A DNA stretch of 64,000 nt from an uncultured candidate division Zixibacteria bacterium (GCA_963801605.1 CAWDFP010000006.1:1855959-1919958), one strand, 5' to 3'; numbered from the stretch's first letter, positions 52,461 to 61,775 are shown. A program made the numbers and translations. Notes: a model not told the origin generated them from the sequence alone.

Positions 52461-53483
52461 CTAACGACGCGAGGCGTATTTTCCGGTATTTAGCGCCGCG
52501 ATTGAGGCATTCAAAACATCCAAACAATATTGAGTGTTGTGAACACCAAGTGAACGATCAAAGTTTATTAGCAGGAAATTGTAAAGCGCTCCCGCCTGTA
52601 CGAAATTCAGCGTAATCGGCGCATTAACCGTAAGGCTGGTTGTATCCGATGATAGAAACTCGTTCTCTATAAGTATGTTTCTCAAAGTGATCAGTCTGAT
52701 TCCCACGGAATCCTGAAGCCCGTTAAAATTGAAATCATCCAATCCCGAATGGCATCCTGAGTTGTTGCAGCCAGTGGTCAAATCGAATTCCTCACCTTCG
52801 GAACCGTAGGTTAAGCCTGCTTGATGTCCTCCGGCGATATTTTTGAAAGGAGTTGCCATGTGGCAGGTTGGGCATCCGTTTGTTACTGCGTTAGTATGAG
52901 GGGAATTTGAATAGGTTGCGCCCGTAAATACAAATGCACCCTGCCCGCTGAGAATATTGGCTTCCGGGCCGTCATGCGGACCCCAGAACGGGGAGCGAAT
53001 GGTTACTGAACCCGGTTCGCCTTCCACAAGCGGTATATCGGGAGACGGTTTTCGCGCTTGATGGCAGTTGGCGCAGAGATTTCCGTTGCCCCTGTCAAAT
53101 GTTCCGCCTTGGATAAGGGCGACCGGCGTGCTGGTTCTGAGATTAAAGTTTTTGTTGGTGTGCGGTTCATGGCAGGCAAAACAGGTGATAACGCCGGGTT
53201 GAGAAACCGTGTCTGGCGCGCCTGTAGATATCCGTTCAATAAAGCCCTGCCCCGTGTGGCAGCCTGAACAAGGCGGTACATTGCGATCAATATTGTTGCC
53301 CGATGCATGAACCGAGTTGCGCCACTGGCCATCGATCGTACGAATGTCGCTATCATCGGCGTGGCAGGTCAGACATTCCATACTGGCCGATGGTCCCTCG
53401 GGGCCTCTCTTGCCCGCGCAACTCATAATCACCAGTAGCAGAATCACCGCGATGCCGAGTACGAAAAATACTTTTTTTGGCAT
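52461..53483 (-). CDS. Multiheme c-type cytochrome lipoprotein (5 CXXCH plus 1 CX4CH)
   Basis: Lipobox IMSC; CLTCH, CSGCH, CFACH, CANCH, CPTCH, CNNSGCH; C-terminal DRSLGVHN. Confidence 0.9.
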   Translation of the reverse strand: MPKKVFFVLGIAVILLLVIMSCAGKRGPEGPSASMECLTCHADDSDIRTIDGQWRNSVHASGNNIDRNVPPCSGCHTGQGFIERISTGAPDTVSQPGVITCFACHEPHTNKNFNLRTSTPVALIQGGTFDRGNGNLCANCHQARKPSPDIPLVEGEPGSVTIRSPFWGPHDGPEANILSGQGAFVFTGATYSNSPHTNAVTNGCPTCHMATPFKNIAGGHQAGLTYGSEGEEFDLTTGCNNSGCHSGLDDFNFNGLQDSVGIRLITLRNILIENEFLSSDTTSLTVNAPITLNFVQAGALYNFLLINFDRSLGVHNTQYCLDVLNASIAALNTGKYASRR

Positions 53484-53724
53484 GAATTCCTCCCTCTCAA
53501 ATGCTGCTTATTAAAGGCGTCGCTACGATAAAAAATATTAATATGTTCTGTATAACTAAATTTACGTTCTAATAATGACATTTTTCACAAGCGGAATCAA
53601 GCAAAAAATTGTCAATTATTGAGAAAACGGTAATTGTCCGCCTCGGAACAAGCCCTGGCGCGCCCTAAAAATCATTTATAAAAAAGATTGACAAAATATC
53701 GATAAATATCCCATACTTAAGTCT

Positions 53725-56001
53725 ATGGAGTTTTTGGTTTTTCCGGCTTTGGGCCTGGCCCTCGCCGTGGTGGTTTTCGTCTCATCACAATCGCATTCAA
53801 GGCGATTTCCCTTCTATCTGTTGTGGGTGCTCAGTACCGCATCTTTTGTGGTTGCGGCCCTGACCTTCCTTTTGGCGTTGCCTCCAGAACAGATAGTTCA
53901 AGTAGTTTCTTATCACAATATCTTCGCGGCTTTGGGTTTTGCATCTCTGGTGGGATCGGCGGTTGCCTCTCAAACCAGGGAACGATCTGTGCTTTTTTCG
54001 AAACTTGTGGAGGAAAAGCAGCAGCGGGCAACCAGCGAAATAACGCAGCTTGCCGCTTCCAACAGTAATCTTCTCGAAATGCTCAATTTTTCACTCGATA
54101 AAATCGTCACCATGTTGGGCTTGGCGGGGGGAGCGATCCATGTCTTTCATAGAGCCCGCGAAAGCTTAGTCTTGGGTTCATACAAAGGGCTATCGCCCCG
54201 GCTGGCCCGACGGTTAGAAACGATTGAATTTGGCGACACCTCTATTGGCCGTACCGCTAAAAACAAGAGGTTGTTGATTATCCGCGACCTGCGGCTCAGC
54301 CAGGATTACGAATTTTTCGGTGGGCAGCAGGATGGTTTCACCTATATGGCTTTAGTGCCTATCGTTTCCGATGGTGAAAATTGGGGAGTAATTACGCTGT
54401 TCGGAAAGGGAGCCTATCAGCCCGGTTCGTTCCAGGTCGACCTGCTCGAACAATTTGGCGAGCAGCTTGGTGCCGCCCTCGTTCTTGGGCGACGGGTTCG
54501 CAACATTCAGTCTGCCCGCGATAACCTGAGCTCTCTGGTGAAATCCTTAGGCGAGGAGCTTTGCGATACCTCATCGATGGCCGGTGGTCCGGCGGCTTCG
54601 GTGCGCGGTATCGGTTGGCTTTTGGCCCGGTTATTCGGCGGTGATCGTTTTGATATCTGTAAGCGCAACTCGGATGGCTGGAAGATCTCTTATTCATCGG
54701 AGCCTGCTATGGAGGATCGATTCTTAAATCCTCGGCATAATTCCGATTTCGTCAGCCTTATATCCGGGATTGTTTTATATGATCAGCCGCCGCCGTTCGA
54801 TGAGTTTTTCGAGGGCCGTTCTTATATTTACACATCCTTGCTTGACGGTGAAATTTGGCTCTTTATCAGGCTTGAGGGTCGCCGCAAACCGGCGGTCGAT
54901 CTTGAGCTTCTTACAGATTCGTTCCGAGTCGTGTACGGTTTTATTTCCCGCATTAACTCTATTAAACCCATTGTGATACCGAGGCCCCCTCAAGCGTTGC
55001 TTCAACCTAATAAAGAATCCAGTATTGTTTTGGGTCAGATTTCGGATGAGCTTGGCAGGCTGATTTCCGAATATTCCAAATCAAGAGAAGAATCCGACCT
55101 TCGCGATCTTTTTACCTGGCTGGAGATTGTTCAAAAAACGGCCAAAGATAACATTCCATCCAAAGTAACGAAAACCAACTCTGCTCCCGCGCAAGTCGTC
55201 AAAGCCCCGGCTTTGTCCGAGATAATTCGCGATGCCATCTCTGAGTTATCTGATATCGAGGGTAAGCCGCTTGACATTACATTTCAGGGAAGCAATGGAA
55301 TTATGGCAACCGATATGCCGCCCACGGCTCTCAAGAAATCGGTTGTCGAATTCTTACTGGCAGCCTTGTTTGAATCGGGCTCAAAAGGAACCCTACGGCT
55401 ATCTTCCCGTACCGACAACGGGGATATTTCACTCGAATTGAAAGGGGAGGGCTTGGCGCCTGCACCCAAGGGGGCTGAAAAACCCGCCTGGCTGGCCGAC
55501 ATTGGTGGCCGGTTGGAATGCTCACGAATCGAGAATGATCAAGGTCAGACAATCGATACCTGGAGGCTCAGCATTCCGGTCGATAGGCCGGCGGAGCCTA
55601 ATCAGCGTTCGCAAAACGGTATTAGGGTACTGGCCGTTGATAATCAGGATGTTATTCGGGAGCTCCTGACAAGTATGCTTACCAGTCTCGGACATGACTC
55701 CACTGTGGTCGGAAGCTCGGATGAAGCTTTATTGAGCTTTAAGGAAAGCATTAAAGCAGATAAGCCATATACTCATGTTATAGCCGATTACGGTCTCGAT
55801 AAAATGTCGGGTCTGGATTTGGTTACGAAGCTTAAGGCGCTAGATCCCGATATATTTTTCCTGCTGATATCCGGATGGGGCCTGACTCCTGACCCTCAAA
55901 AAGCTCTGAGCGCCGGAATCGATATGATGCTAAAAAAGCCGTTCCGAATGGAGCAATTGGCCGAAATTATCCAGAAATCCAAACGAGGGGCTATTCAATA
56001 G
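53725..56001 (+). CDS. Membrane-anchored GAF domain protein with degenerate kinase-like region and C-terminal receiver domain
   Basis: Three N-terminal TM segments; GAF (LVPIVSDGENWGVITL); REC (VLAVDNQ...IADYGLDKMSG...ISGWG...LKKPF). Confidence 0.75.
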   Translation: MEFLVFPALGLALAVVVFVSSQSHSRRFPFYLLWVLSTASFVVAALTFLLALPPEQIVQVVSYHNIFAALGFASLVGSAVASQTRERSVLFSKLVEEKQQRATSEITQLAASNSNLLEMLNFSLDKIVTMLGLAGGAIHVFHRARESLVLGSYKGLSPRLARRLETIEFGDTSIGRTAKNKRLLIIRDLRLSQDYEFFGGQQDGFTYMALVPIVSDGENWGVITLFGKGAYQPGSFQVDLLEQFGEQLGAALVLGRRVRNIQSARDNLSSLVKSLGEELCDTSSMAGGPAASVRGIGWLLARLFGGDRFDICKRNSDGWKISYSSEPAMEDRFLNPRHNSDFVSLISGIVLYDQPPPFDEFFEGRSYIYTSLLDGEIWLFIRLEGRRKPAVDLELLTDSFRVVYGFISRINSIKPIVIPRPPQALLQPNKESSIVLGQISDELGRLISEYSKSREESDLRDLFTWLEIVQKTAKDNIPSKVTKTNSAPAQVVKAPALSEIIRDAISELSDIEGKPLDITFQGSNGIMATDMPPTALKKSVVEFLLAALFESGSKGTLRLSSRTDNGDISLELKGEGLAPAPKGAEKPAWLADIGGRLECSRIENDQGQTIDTWRLSIPVDRPAEPNQRSQNGIRVLAVDNQDVIRELLTSMLTSLGHDSTVVGSSDEALLSFKESIKADKPYTHVIADYGLDKMSGLDLVTKLKALDPDIFFLLISGWGLTPDPQKALSAGIDMMLKKPFRMEQLAEIIQKSKRGAIQ

Positions 56002-56399
56002 TGCCCCAGCCGTTCAAGACCCGCTGGCGTGTTCGATTTGACGAAATCGACATGCAAGGGGTAGTACATCATCCTCAAATTGTGACATATCTCGAGATCG
56101 CCCGCCTGGAGTACTGGCGAAGCATGGGTATTTCATATAATGATCTTCGCATTGATGGTTTTGAGTTTATCGTTCATGATCTGCATGTTGAATATTTGAA
56201 GCCGCTTCAGTTTGACGAACTAATCGAGGTCACTGTGAAGACCAATCGCCTGGCGCGGGCCAGCTTTGTGTTGGGATATGAAATCCGCAAAGAAAACAGC
56301 GATCTGGCTGTTGTTGCCGAAATCGAACTGGTTTGTGCCAGGGTTAATATTCCTTACCCTACCGCTCTTCCCGCTAAATATCGCGATAAAATGCGATAA
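56001..56399 (+). CDS. Acyl-CoA thioesterase (YbgC/4HBT family)
   Basis: RVRFDEIDMQGVVHH...YLEIAR, YLKPLQFDE. Confidence 0.88.
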   Translation: MPQPFKTRWRVRFDEIDMQGVVHHPQIVTYLEIARLEYWRSMGISYNDLRIDGFEFIVHDLHVEYLKPLQFDELIEVTVKTNRLARASFVLGYEIRKENSDLAVVAEIELVCARVNIPYPTALPAKYRDKMR

Positions 56400-56434
56400 G
56401 CATAATCAAATTATAATTTTCTCGATAATGCTTG

Positions 56435-56464
56435 TTGACATCTTTAATAAATCAATTATATAAT
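56435..56464 (+). promoter_or_regulatory. Consensus sigma70 promoter upstream of the DoxX gene
   Basis: TTGACA-18 nt-TATAAT. Confidence 0.55.
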
Positions 56465-56533
56465 TTTGACAGCGTTTTTGTTTTTGCTGATTGTTTATAA
56501 AAATCGTTGTTTGATTGAATCAGGAGGATCGCA

Positions 56534-56923
56534 ATGGATATTCTATTTCTCATTGGACGGATTCTTTTCGGCGGTTATTTTATTTATAACGCCTTTAATC
56601 ATTTCAGCCATGTAAAGGGCATGAGCGCTTATGCCGCTTCCAAATCCGTTCCGATACCGTCGTTGGCGATCGTGGTTTCGGGCATTCTACTTCTTTTAGG
56701 AGGAATCAGCATTGTTCTGGGATTCATGGCGGTCGTCGGATTGATCTGCCTCATTCTATTTTTAGTTCCAGTGACATTTATCATGCATTCTTTCTGGGCT
56801 GATACCGACCCGGGAGCCAGAATGGGAAATCAGGTAAATTTCGGCAAGAATTTAGCCCTTTTGGGTGCGATTCTTACGCTGTTTAGTTTTCCCAGACCCT
56901 GGCCGTTATCGCTATTTCATTAA
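56534..56923 (+). CDS. DoxX family membrane protein
   Basis: LIGRILFGGYF..NAFNHF, MHSFW, NFGKNLALLG. Confidence 0.88.
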   Translation: MDILFLIGRILFGGYFIYNAFNHFSHVKGMSAYAASKSVPIPSLAIVVSGILLLLGGISIVLGFMAVVGLICLILFLVPVTFIMHSFWADTDPGARMGNQVNFGKNLALLGAILTLFSFPRPWPLSLFH

Positions 56924-57049
56924 GGATTGCAGTCCGCCGTTTTAAGCATCTATTCTTTTCGATTGCTATTAAGTCGATTTGACTTTTGCATCATTTATAG
57001 GTATATGATGATTTAGTTTTAAATATAAAATATTTCACTTGAGGAAAAT

Positions 57050-57475
57050 ATGGCGAGAAATAAAAAAATAACGGGATTGACAATATTAGGGAAAAAAGCC
57101 AAACCAGGCAAAAAGCTTGAGGCCTTTCCCAACCGCTCGCCGCATAGATACTATTTAGTTAGCCTGGAGACAGATGAGTTTACTTGCCTGTGTCCGATTA
57201 CCGGTCAACCCGATTTCGCTGCCATCCGAGTGGAATACGTTCCCGATAAAAGGATCATCGAGTCAAAATCTTTCAAGCTCTATATCTGGTCTTTTCGCAA
57301 TGAGGGGCATTTTCATGAGCATGTCATCAATATCATGCTGGATGATTTTGTTAAGGCCGTCGATCCCCACTGGTGCAAGATAACCGGCGAATTTAATATG
57401 AGGGGCGGAATTAGCATTTCGGTCGAGGCCGAGCATACCAAAACACCCGAGGCCAAAGCCGCCATCGGCCTTTGA
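57050..57475 (+). CDS. queF: NADPH-dependent preQ0 reductase (type I QueF)
   Basis: LEAFPN, EFTCLCPITGQPDFA, IESKSFKLY, FHE, RGGI. Confidence 0.95.
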   Translation: MARNKKITGLTILGKKAKPGKKLEAFPNRSPHRYYLVSLETDEFTCLCPITGQPDFAAIRVEYVPDKRIIESKSFKLYIWSFRNEGHFHEHVINIMLDDFVKAVDPHWCKITGEFNMRGGISISVEAEHTKTPEAKAAIGL

Positions 57476-57480
57476 GAAAT

Positions 57481-57861
57481 ATGACTCTGCCATTTACAAA
57501 TAGGTCCTATCGGTGGCTGATGCCGGTAGCCGGGCTGTTCATAACAACGCTTATCATTTCCAATATCATCGCCGTCAAGCTCGTGAGTATTGGCGGATTG
57601 ATATTGCCCGCCGCTGTGATTCTATTTCCGATTACCTATATAATCGGCGATGTCTTAACCGAGGTCTATGGTTACGCCCGCGCCCGTCAGGTGATTTGGC
57701 TGGGGTTTATTTGCAATCTAATCGCAGTAGTTGCAATCTGGGTGGCCGGGCTTTTACCGCCCGCATCATTTTGGAATGCTGGTATTTACGCCTCGCCCGA
57801 CGATGCCGCGAAAGCTTACCATGCCATTTTAGGCTTTACCCCGCGTTTGCTGGTGGCCTCA
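57481..57861 (+). pseudogene. yhhQ: Queuosine precursor transporter (YhhQ/VUT family), truncated at the composition junction
   Basis: LIISNIIAVKL, FPITYIIGDVLTEVYGYARARQVIWLGF, TPRLLVAS, then unrelated sequence; the C-terminal half is missing. Confidence 0.82.
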
Positions 57862-58038
57862 AGGGAAAATAAACGCCCCGGACATTCCTTGATTCACACA
57901 CGTTGTCCTTATGCTACATCGGTCGCTTCGGCCCCAAGCGGGCGGGATCCGCCGCGGCATGCCTTTCTTGCATAACCGTCGGGAAATCATAGACAGAGGC
58001 TATTTGACATCTCCTCGATTCCTCTGTAAATTTTAAGT

Positions 58039-59193
58039 ATGGACCTTCTATATTTCGATAACGCCGCGACCTCCTGGCCGAAACCGGAGGAGACGCAGAG
58101 CGCCATGAACCGGTACCTCCGTGAGATCGGCGGCTCGCCGGGCCGCTCCGGGCACCGGCTCTCGATCGATGCTGGCCGGATCATCCTGGATGCGCGCGAG
58201 GCGGTGGCGCGACTCTTCGGTGCGGACGACCCCTTCCGGATCGTTTTTACGAAGAACGCCACCGAGGCGCTCAATATCGCCTTCCGGGGGCTCCTGAACA
58301 GGGGCGACCATGTCATTACCTCGTCGATGGAGCACAACTCGGTCATGCGGACGCTGCGGGCACTGGAGGGGGAGGGGGTCGAGGTATCGGTCCTCCCGTG
58401 TTCCGTCCGGGGCGAGCTCGACCCGGCAACAATCCCGTCGGCCATCCGCCCGAACACCAAAGCAATCATCCTCACCCACGCCTCGAATGTCACGGGGACG
58501 ATCCTCCCCATCGGCGAAGCGGGCCGGGTCGCCCACGAACACGGCCTCGTCCTGATCGTCGATGCGGCGCAAACGGCGGGGGTCCTGCCGATCGCCGTCG
58601 AAGCGCTGGGGATCGACCTCATGGCATTCACTGGCCACAAATCGCTTTTCGGCCCCCCGGGAACGGGCGGCCTCTACATCCGGGAAGGGTTGGAGACGCG
58701 GATCCGCCCCCTCATGACGGGTGGAACGGGGAGCCGCTCCGAATTCGAAGAGCAGCCTCTCTTTCTCCCCGACAAGTTCGAGGCCGGAACACCAAACACC
58801 GTCGGCCTCGCGGGCCTGGCCGCCGGTGTCTCCTGGATCATCGCCCGCGGTGTCGAATCGATCCGCGCCCACGAGGAGGCCCTGGTGGGGCGGTTCATGC
58901 GCGGTCTTCGCGAGATCCCCGGAATCGATCTGTACGGCCCGGTCGATCCGTCGCGCCGTATCGCCATCGTCCCTTTCAACATCACAGGCCTGACGCCGTC
59001 GGAGGCGGCCCAGGAACTGGACGAACGGTTCGCCATCATGTCGCGGCCCGGACTTCACTGCGCCCCGGCGGCCCACCGAACCATCGGAACGTTTCCCCGG
59101 GGTACCATCCGATTCGGGTTCGGCTTCTTCAACACGGAGGCCGAGATCGACGCCGCCCTGGAAGCGGTCCGCACAATGGCCCGCGGGAGATAG
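58039..59193 (+). CDS. Cysteine desulfurase family protein (class V PLP enzyme)
   Basis: YFDNAATSWPKP, NATEALN, MEHNSV, HASNVTG, VDAAQTAG, FTGHKSL, RPGLHCAP. Confidence 0.93.
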   Translation: MDLLYFDNAATSWPKPEETQSAMNRYLREIGGSPGRSGHRLSIDAGRIILDAREAVARLFGADDPFRIVFTKNATEALNIAFRGLLNRGDHVITSSMEHNSVMRTLRALEGEGVEVSVLPCSVRGELDPATIPSAIRPNTKAIILTHASNVTGTILPIGEAGRVAHEHGLVLIVDAAQTAGVLPIAVEALGIDLMAFTGHKSLFGPPGTGGLYIREGLETRIRPLMTGGTGSRSEFEEQPLFLPDKFEAGTPNTVGLAGLAAGVSWIIARGVESIRAHEEALVGRFMRGLREIPGIDLYGPVDPSRRIAIVPFNITGLTPSEAAQELDERFAIMSRPGLHCAPAAHRTIGTFPRGTIRFGFGFFNTEAEIDAALEAVRTMARGR

Positions 59194-59259
59194 GGACGCA
59201 GCACCCGCTTGGATCGCATGATTCCAACAACAAACTTCAAATACCGCAAGGAGGCATGC

Positions 59260-59874
59260 ATGGAAAAAATCGTCGACACCCGGGGGCTCGCCTGCCCCGA
59301 ACCCGTCATCCTGACGAAAAAGGCCCTGGAGGAGGCGAAGGAGGTCCTCGTGATCGCCGACAGCGACGAGGCAGTGGAGAACATCCGCCGTCTGGCAAAC
59401 AAGATGGGATGCGCAATCGCCGTGACGCAGGAGGAAAAGGGAGCCTTCCGCATCCGCCTGATCCGCAGCGGGCAAGCGCCGCCATACGAGGGGACCGACA
59501 TCGGGATCGTCTGCGGGACTGTTAAGGAGGAGAGGGGCGCCCCCCTGGTCATCGTCCTTTCCTCGGACCGCCTGGGGAGGGGAAACGACGAACTGGGGGA
59601 GGTACTCATGCGGAGCTTCGCTCACACGCTCCTGACGCTTGACCCGCTGCCCGCAACGATCATCCTCTACAACACCGGGGTCCGCCTCGCTACCCGGGAA
59701 TCGGCGCTCATCGACGATTTGCGGCAGCTGGAGGCGGCGGGAGTGGAACTTTTCGTCTGCGGGACCTGCGTGAATTACTTCGAGCTCAAAGAGCGGCTGG
59801 GCGCAGGGATCATTTCCAATATGTACGACATCGCCGCCGCGATGACCCATGCCGGGAAACTGGTCATCCCATGA
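59260..59874 (+). CDS. yedF: Sulfurtransferase-like selenium metabolism protein (TusA/SirA plus DsrE domains)
   Basis: VDTRGLACPEPVILTKKAL; LGRGNDELGEVLM; YNTGVRL; CGTCVNYF; ISNMYDI. Confidence 0.88.
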   Translation: MEKIVDTRGLACPEPVILTKKALEEAKEVLVIADSDEAVENIRRLANKMGCAIAVTQEEKGAFRIRLIRSGQAPPYEGTDIGIVCGTVKEERGAPLVIVLSSDRLGRGNDELGEVLMRSFAHTLLTLDPLPATIILYNTGVRLATRESALIDDLRQLEAAGVELFVCGTCVNYFELKERLGAGIISNMYDIAAAMTHAGKLVIP

Positions 59875-60098
59875 ACGACGGCGGACCGTGGGAGGTTGTG
59901 CTGTTCCACTCGGTGCATCACGCCCTGCGCGCGGAGCGGCTCCTGAAGAACGCGGACATCCCCTGCAAGCTGATCCCCGTCCCCCGGCACCTCAGCTCCG
60001 ACTGCGGCGTCTGTCTCCGGTTTGATCCCTCCCTCCGGTCCCGGATTGAGACGACTCTGACGGGCCGCGTCGAGATCGGCGCCATCCATCCACTGTAA
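59871..60098 (+). CDS. DUF3343 family protein (putative Se/S carrier)
   Basis: LFHSVHHALRAERLLK...IPVPRHLSSDCGVCLR. Confidence 0.85.
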   Translation: MNDGGPWEVVLFHSVHHALRAERLLKNADIPCKLIPVPRHLSSDCGVCLRFDPSLRSRIETTLTGRVEIGAIHPL

Positions 60099-60136
60099 GA
60101 ACAGGCGCCACTGATCGCCGGAGCGGGAAAACCCGC

Positions 60137-60553
60137 TCAGGGATTCCAGTGCTCCCGCTTCCGGTAGGCAAGCCCCTCGAAGCGGGCGACCAGCTCGCCC
60201 GTGGCGTCGGTGATCCGGATGGTATAGGCGGCAATCTTCGGCCCACAGGAGACCTCCTCGGCCTCGGCAAGCAGATGCCCCCCCTGCACCGCCTTGAGGT
60301 ACGAGACCGAACAGTGGATCGCCACGGCCGCCCTCCCCCGGGAATTGACCGCCGCCGCAAAGGCAAGATCCGCGAGGGTGAAAATCGCGCCGCCGTGGAC
60401 AAGGCCGAGGCCGTTCAGGTGATGATCCCGAAGATCAAGCCGCGCCGTTGCCCGGCCTGCACCCGCATCGACGAGTTCGATGCCGACAAACCCCGCAAAG
60501 AGATCCTTCCGGAAAAAGGTCTTCAACGCTTCCGGGCTCATGTCTTCGATCAA
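60137..60553 (-). CDS. PaaI family hotdog-fold thioesterase
   Basis: HLNGLGLVHGGAIFTLADLAFA. Confidence 0.9.
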   Translation of the reverse strand: MIEDMSPEALKTFFRKDLFAGFVGIELVDAGAGRATARLDLRDHHLNGLGLVHGGAIFTLADLAFAAAVNSRGRAAVAIHCSVSYLKAVQGGHLLAEAEEVSCGPKIAAYTIRITDATGELVARFEGLAYRKREHWNP

Positions 60554-60572
60554 GCGTTTCCCTCCGATAGGG

Positions 60573-61109
60573 CTACGGGGCCAGGTTGTAGGCGGCCGGG
60601 TCGAAGGGGGAGCCGGCCGGGTAGACCCGGGTCCCTAGTTCGCGGTCCAGCAGGAAGAGTCCTTCCTTGCTGTCACCGATCAGCTCCAACTGGCGGCTGA
60701 TCTTGTCCGTGTTGTTCTCCTCCTCGATCTGTTCGTTGAGGAACCAGTTCAGCAGCGGCTCCGCCGTATAGTCGTTCTCCTCCCGGGCGATCTTGGTCAG
60801 GGCGTGAATCTTCCCCGTGATGAACTTCTCGTGGGCGTAGGCATCCTGCCAGGGCTCCAGAGGATTTTTCCAGTCCGTCTTGAGCTGCTTGAGGTCCAGC
60901 AGGACCACGGAAGCCCCCCGGTTGGTCAGGTGATCGAAGAACTTCATCGCGTGGATCGTCTCCTCGTGGGTCTGGACACGCAGCCAGTGGGCCATTCCGT
61001 CAAGGTTCTTGGCATGGAAATAGCCCACCATCGATAGGTAGATATAGGCAGATTCCAATTCCTGTTTGATCTGTTCGTTCATCGCATCATACATTCTCTT
61101 ATTGATCAT
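60573..61109 (-). CDS. ftnA: Non-heme ferritin
   Basis: ELESAYIYLSM, EETIHAMKF, HEKFIT, WFLNEQIEEE. Start MINKR after an AAGGAG RBS. Confidence 0.92.
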   Translation of the reverse strand: MINKRMYDAMNEQIKQELESAYIYLSMVGYFHAKNLDGMAHWLRVQTHEETIHAMKFFDHLTNRGASVVLLDLKQLKTDWKNPLEPWQDAYAHEKFITGKIHALTKIAREENDYTAEPLLNWFLNEQIEEENNTDKISRQLELIGDSKEGLFLLDRELGTRVYPAGSPFDPAAYNLAP

Positions 61110-61372
61110 ACGACCGTCTCCTTTCATCAGCAGAACTTTCATTTTCCTGTGGATCGCAGCGGTTGTCGCACCGGCGTCCTTCCGGTAACCACCCCAGTAT
61201 CACCACGCCCGTTAACGAAAGTGTAAAGAAAACAGCCATGGTTTGTCAACGATAAAAGGGGAAGAATCTTTCCCTTGAAAATAAACTCTTTTTGACATAG
61301 AGTCCGGCGGTGCCGATAATGAATCGGCTACCGGAACATAAGGACGAAAATTCACGGAAAGGAGGTGAAAAA

Positions 61373-61714
61373 ATGGGCAATAGATTCTGGAGGATATTGA
61401 TCGTTAGTGTCTGCATCATCTGCTTTGCGGCCCTGGGCGCGGCTTTCGCTCAAAAGAAAGTGGGCGGAGGGGATATAAAGTATGAAGGCAAGACCCAAGG
61501 AGCAGTTGTTTTCAGCCATGAATCGCACGTGAACAAGCATAAGCTGAAGTGCGCGGACTGCCACTCGAAACCGAAAATCTTCGCGATGAAGAAGGAAGCG
61601 AAGATTACCAAGGCTGATCATAGCGAACCAAAGTATTGCGCGACCTGCCATGATGGCAAGAAGGCCTTTGGCCTGACAGCCGAAGCCGATTGCGCCAAAT
61701 GCCACAAGAAGTAG
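61373..61714 (+). CDS. Periplasmic triheme c7-type cytochrome c
   Basis: Signal peptide; VVFSHESH...CADCH...CATCHDGKKAF...CAKCH. AAGGAGG RBS. Confidence 0.9.
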   Translation: MGNRFWRILIVSVCIICFAALGAAFAQKKVGGGDIKYEGKTQGAVVFSHESHVNKHKLKCADCHSKPKIFAMKKEAKITKADHSEPKYCATCHDGKKAFGLTAEADCAKCHKK

Positions 61715-61736
61715 TTTTCCCGGAAAGTTCCTGAAC

Positions 61737-61775
61737 AAAAACTGGCGTTGGGCGGAGACCCAACGCCAGTTTTTT
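61737..61775. terminator. Bidirectional Rho-independent terminator
   Basis: AAAAACTGGCGTTGGG-CGGAGA-CCCAACGCCAGTTTTT, perfect 16-bp arms. Confidence 0.85.

Noticed and set aside
56924..57049. preQ1 riboswitch upstream of queF-yhhQ
   Set aside because: No preQ1-type stem-loop with A-rich tail recognisable; the region is simply AT-rich.
58048..59850. 600-aa minus-strand ORF and other long overlapping ORFs (e.g. 58398-59525)
   Set aside because: Shadow frames of the GC-rich desulfurase and yedF genes; no recognisable motifs.
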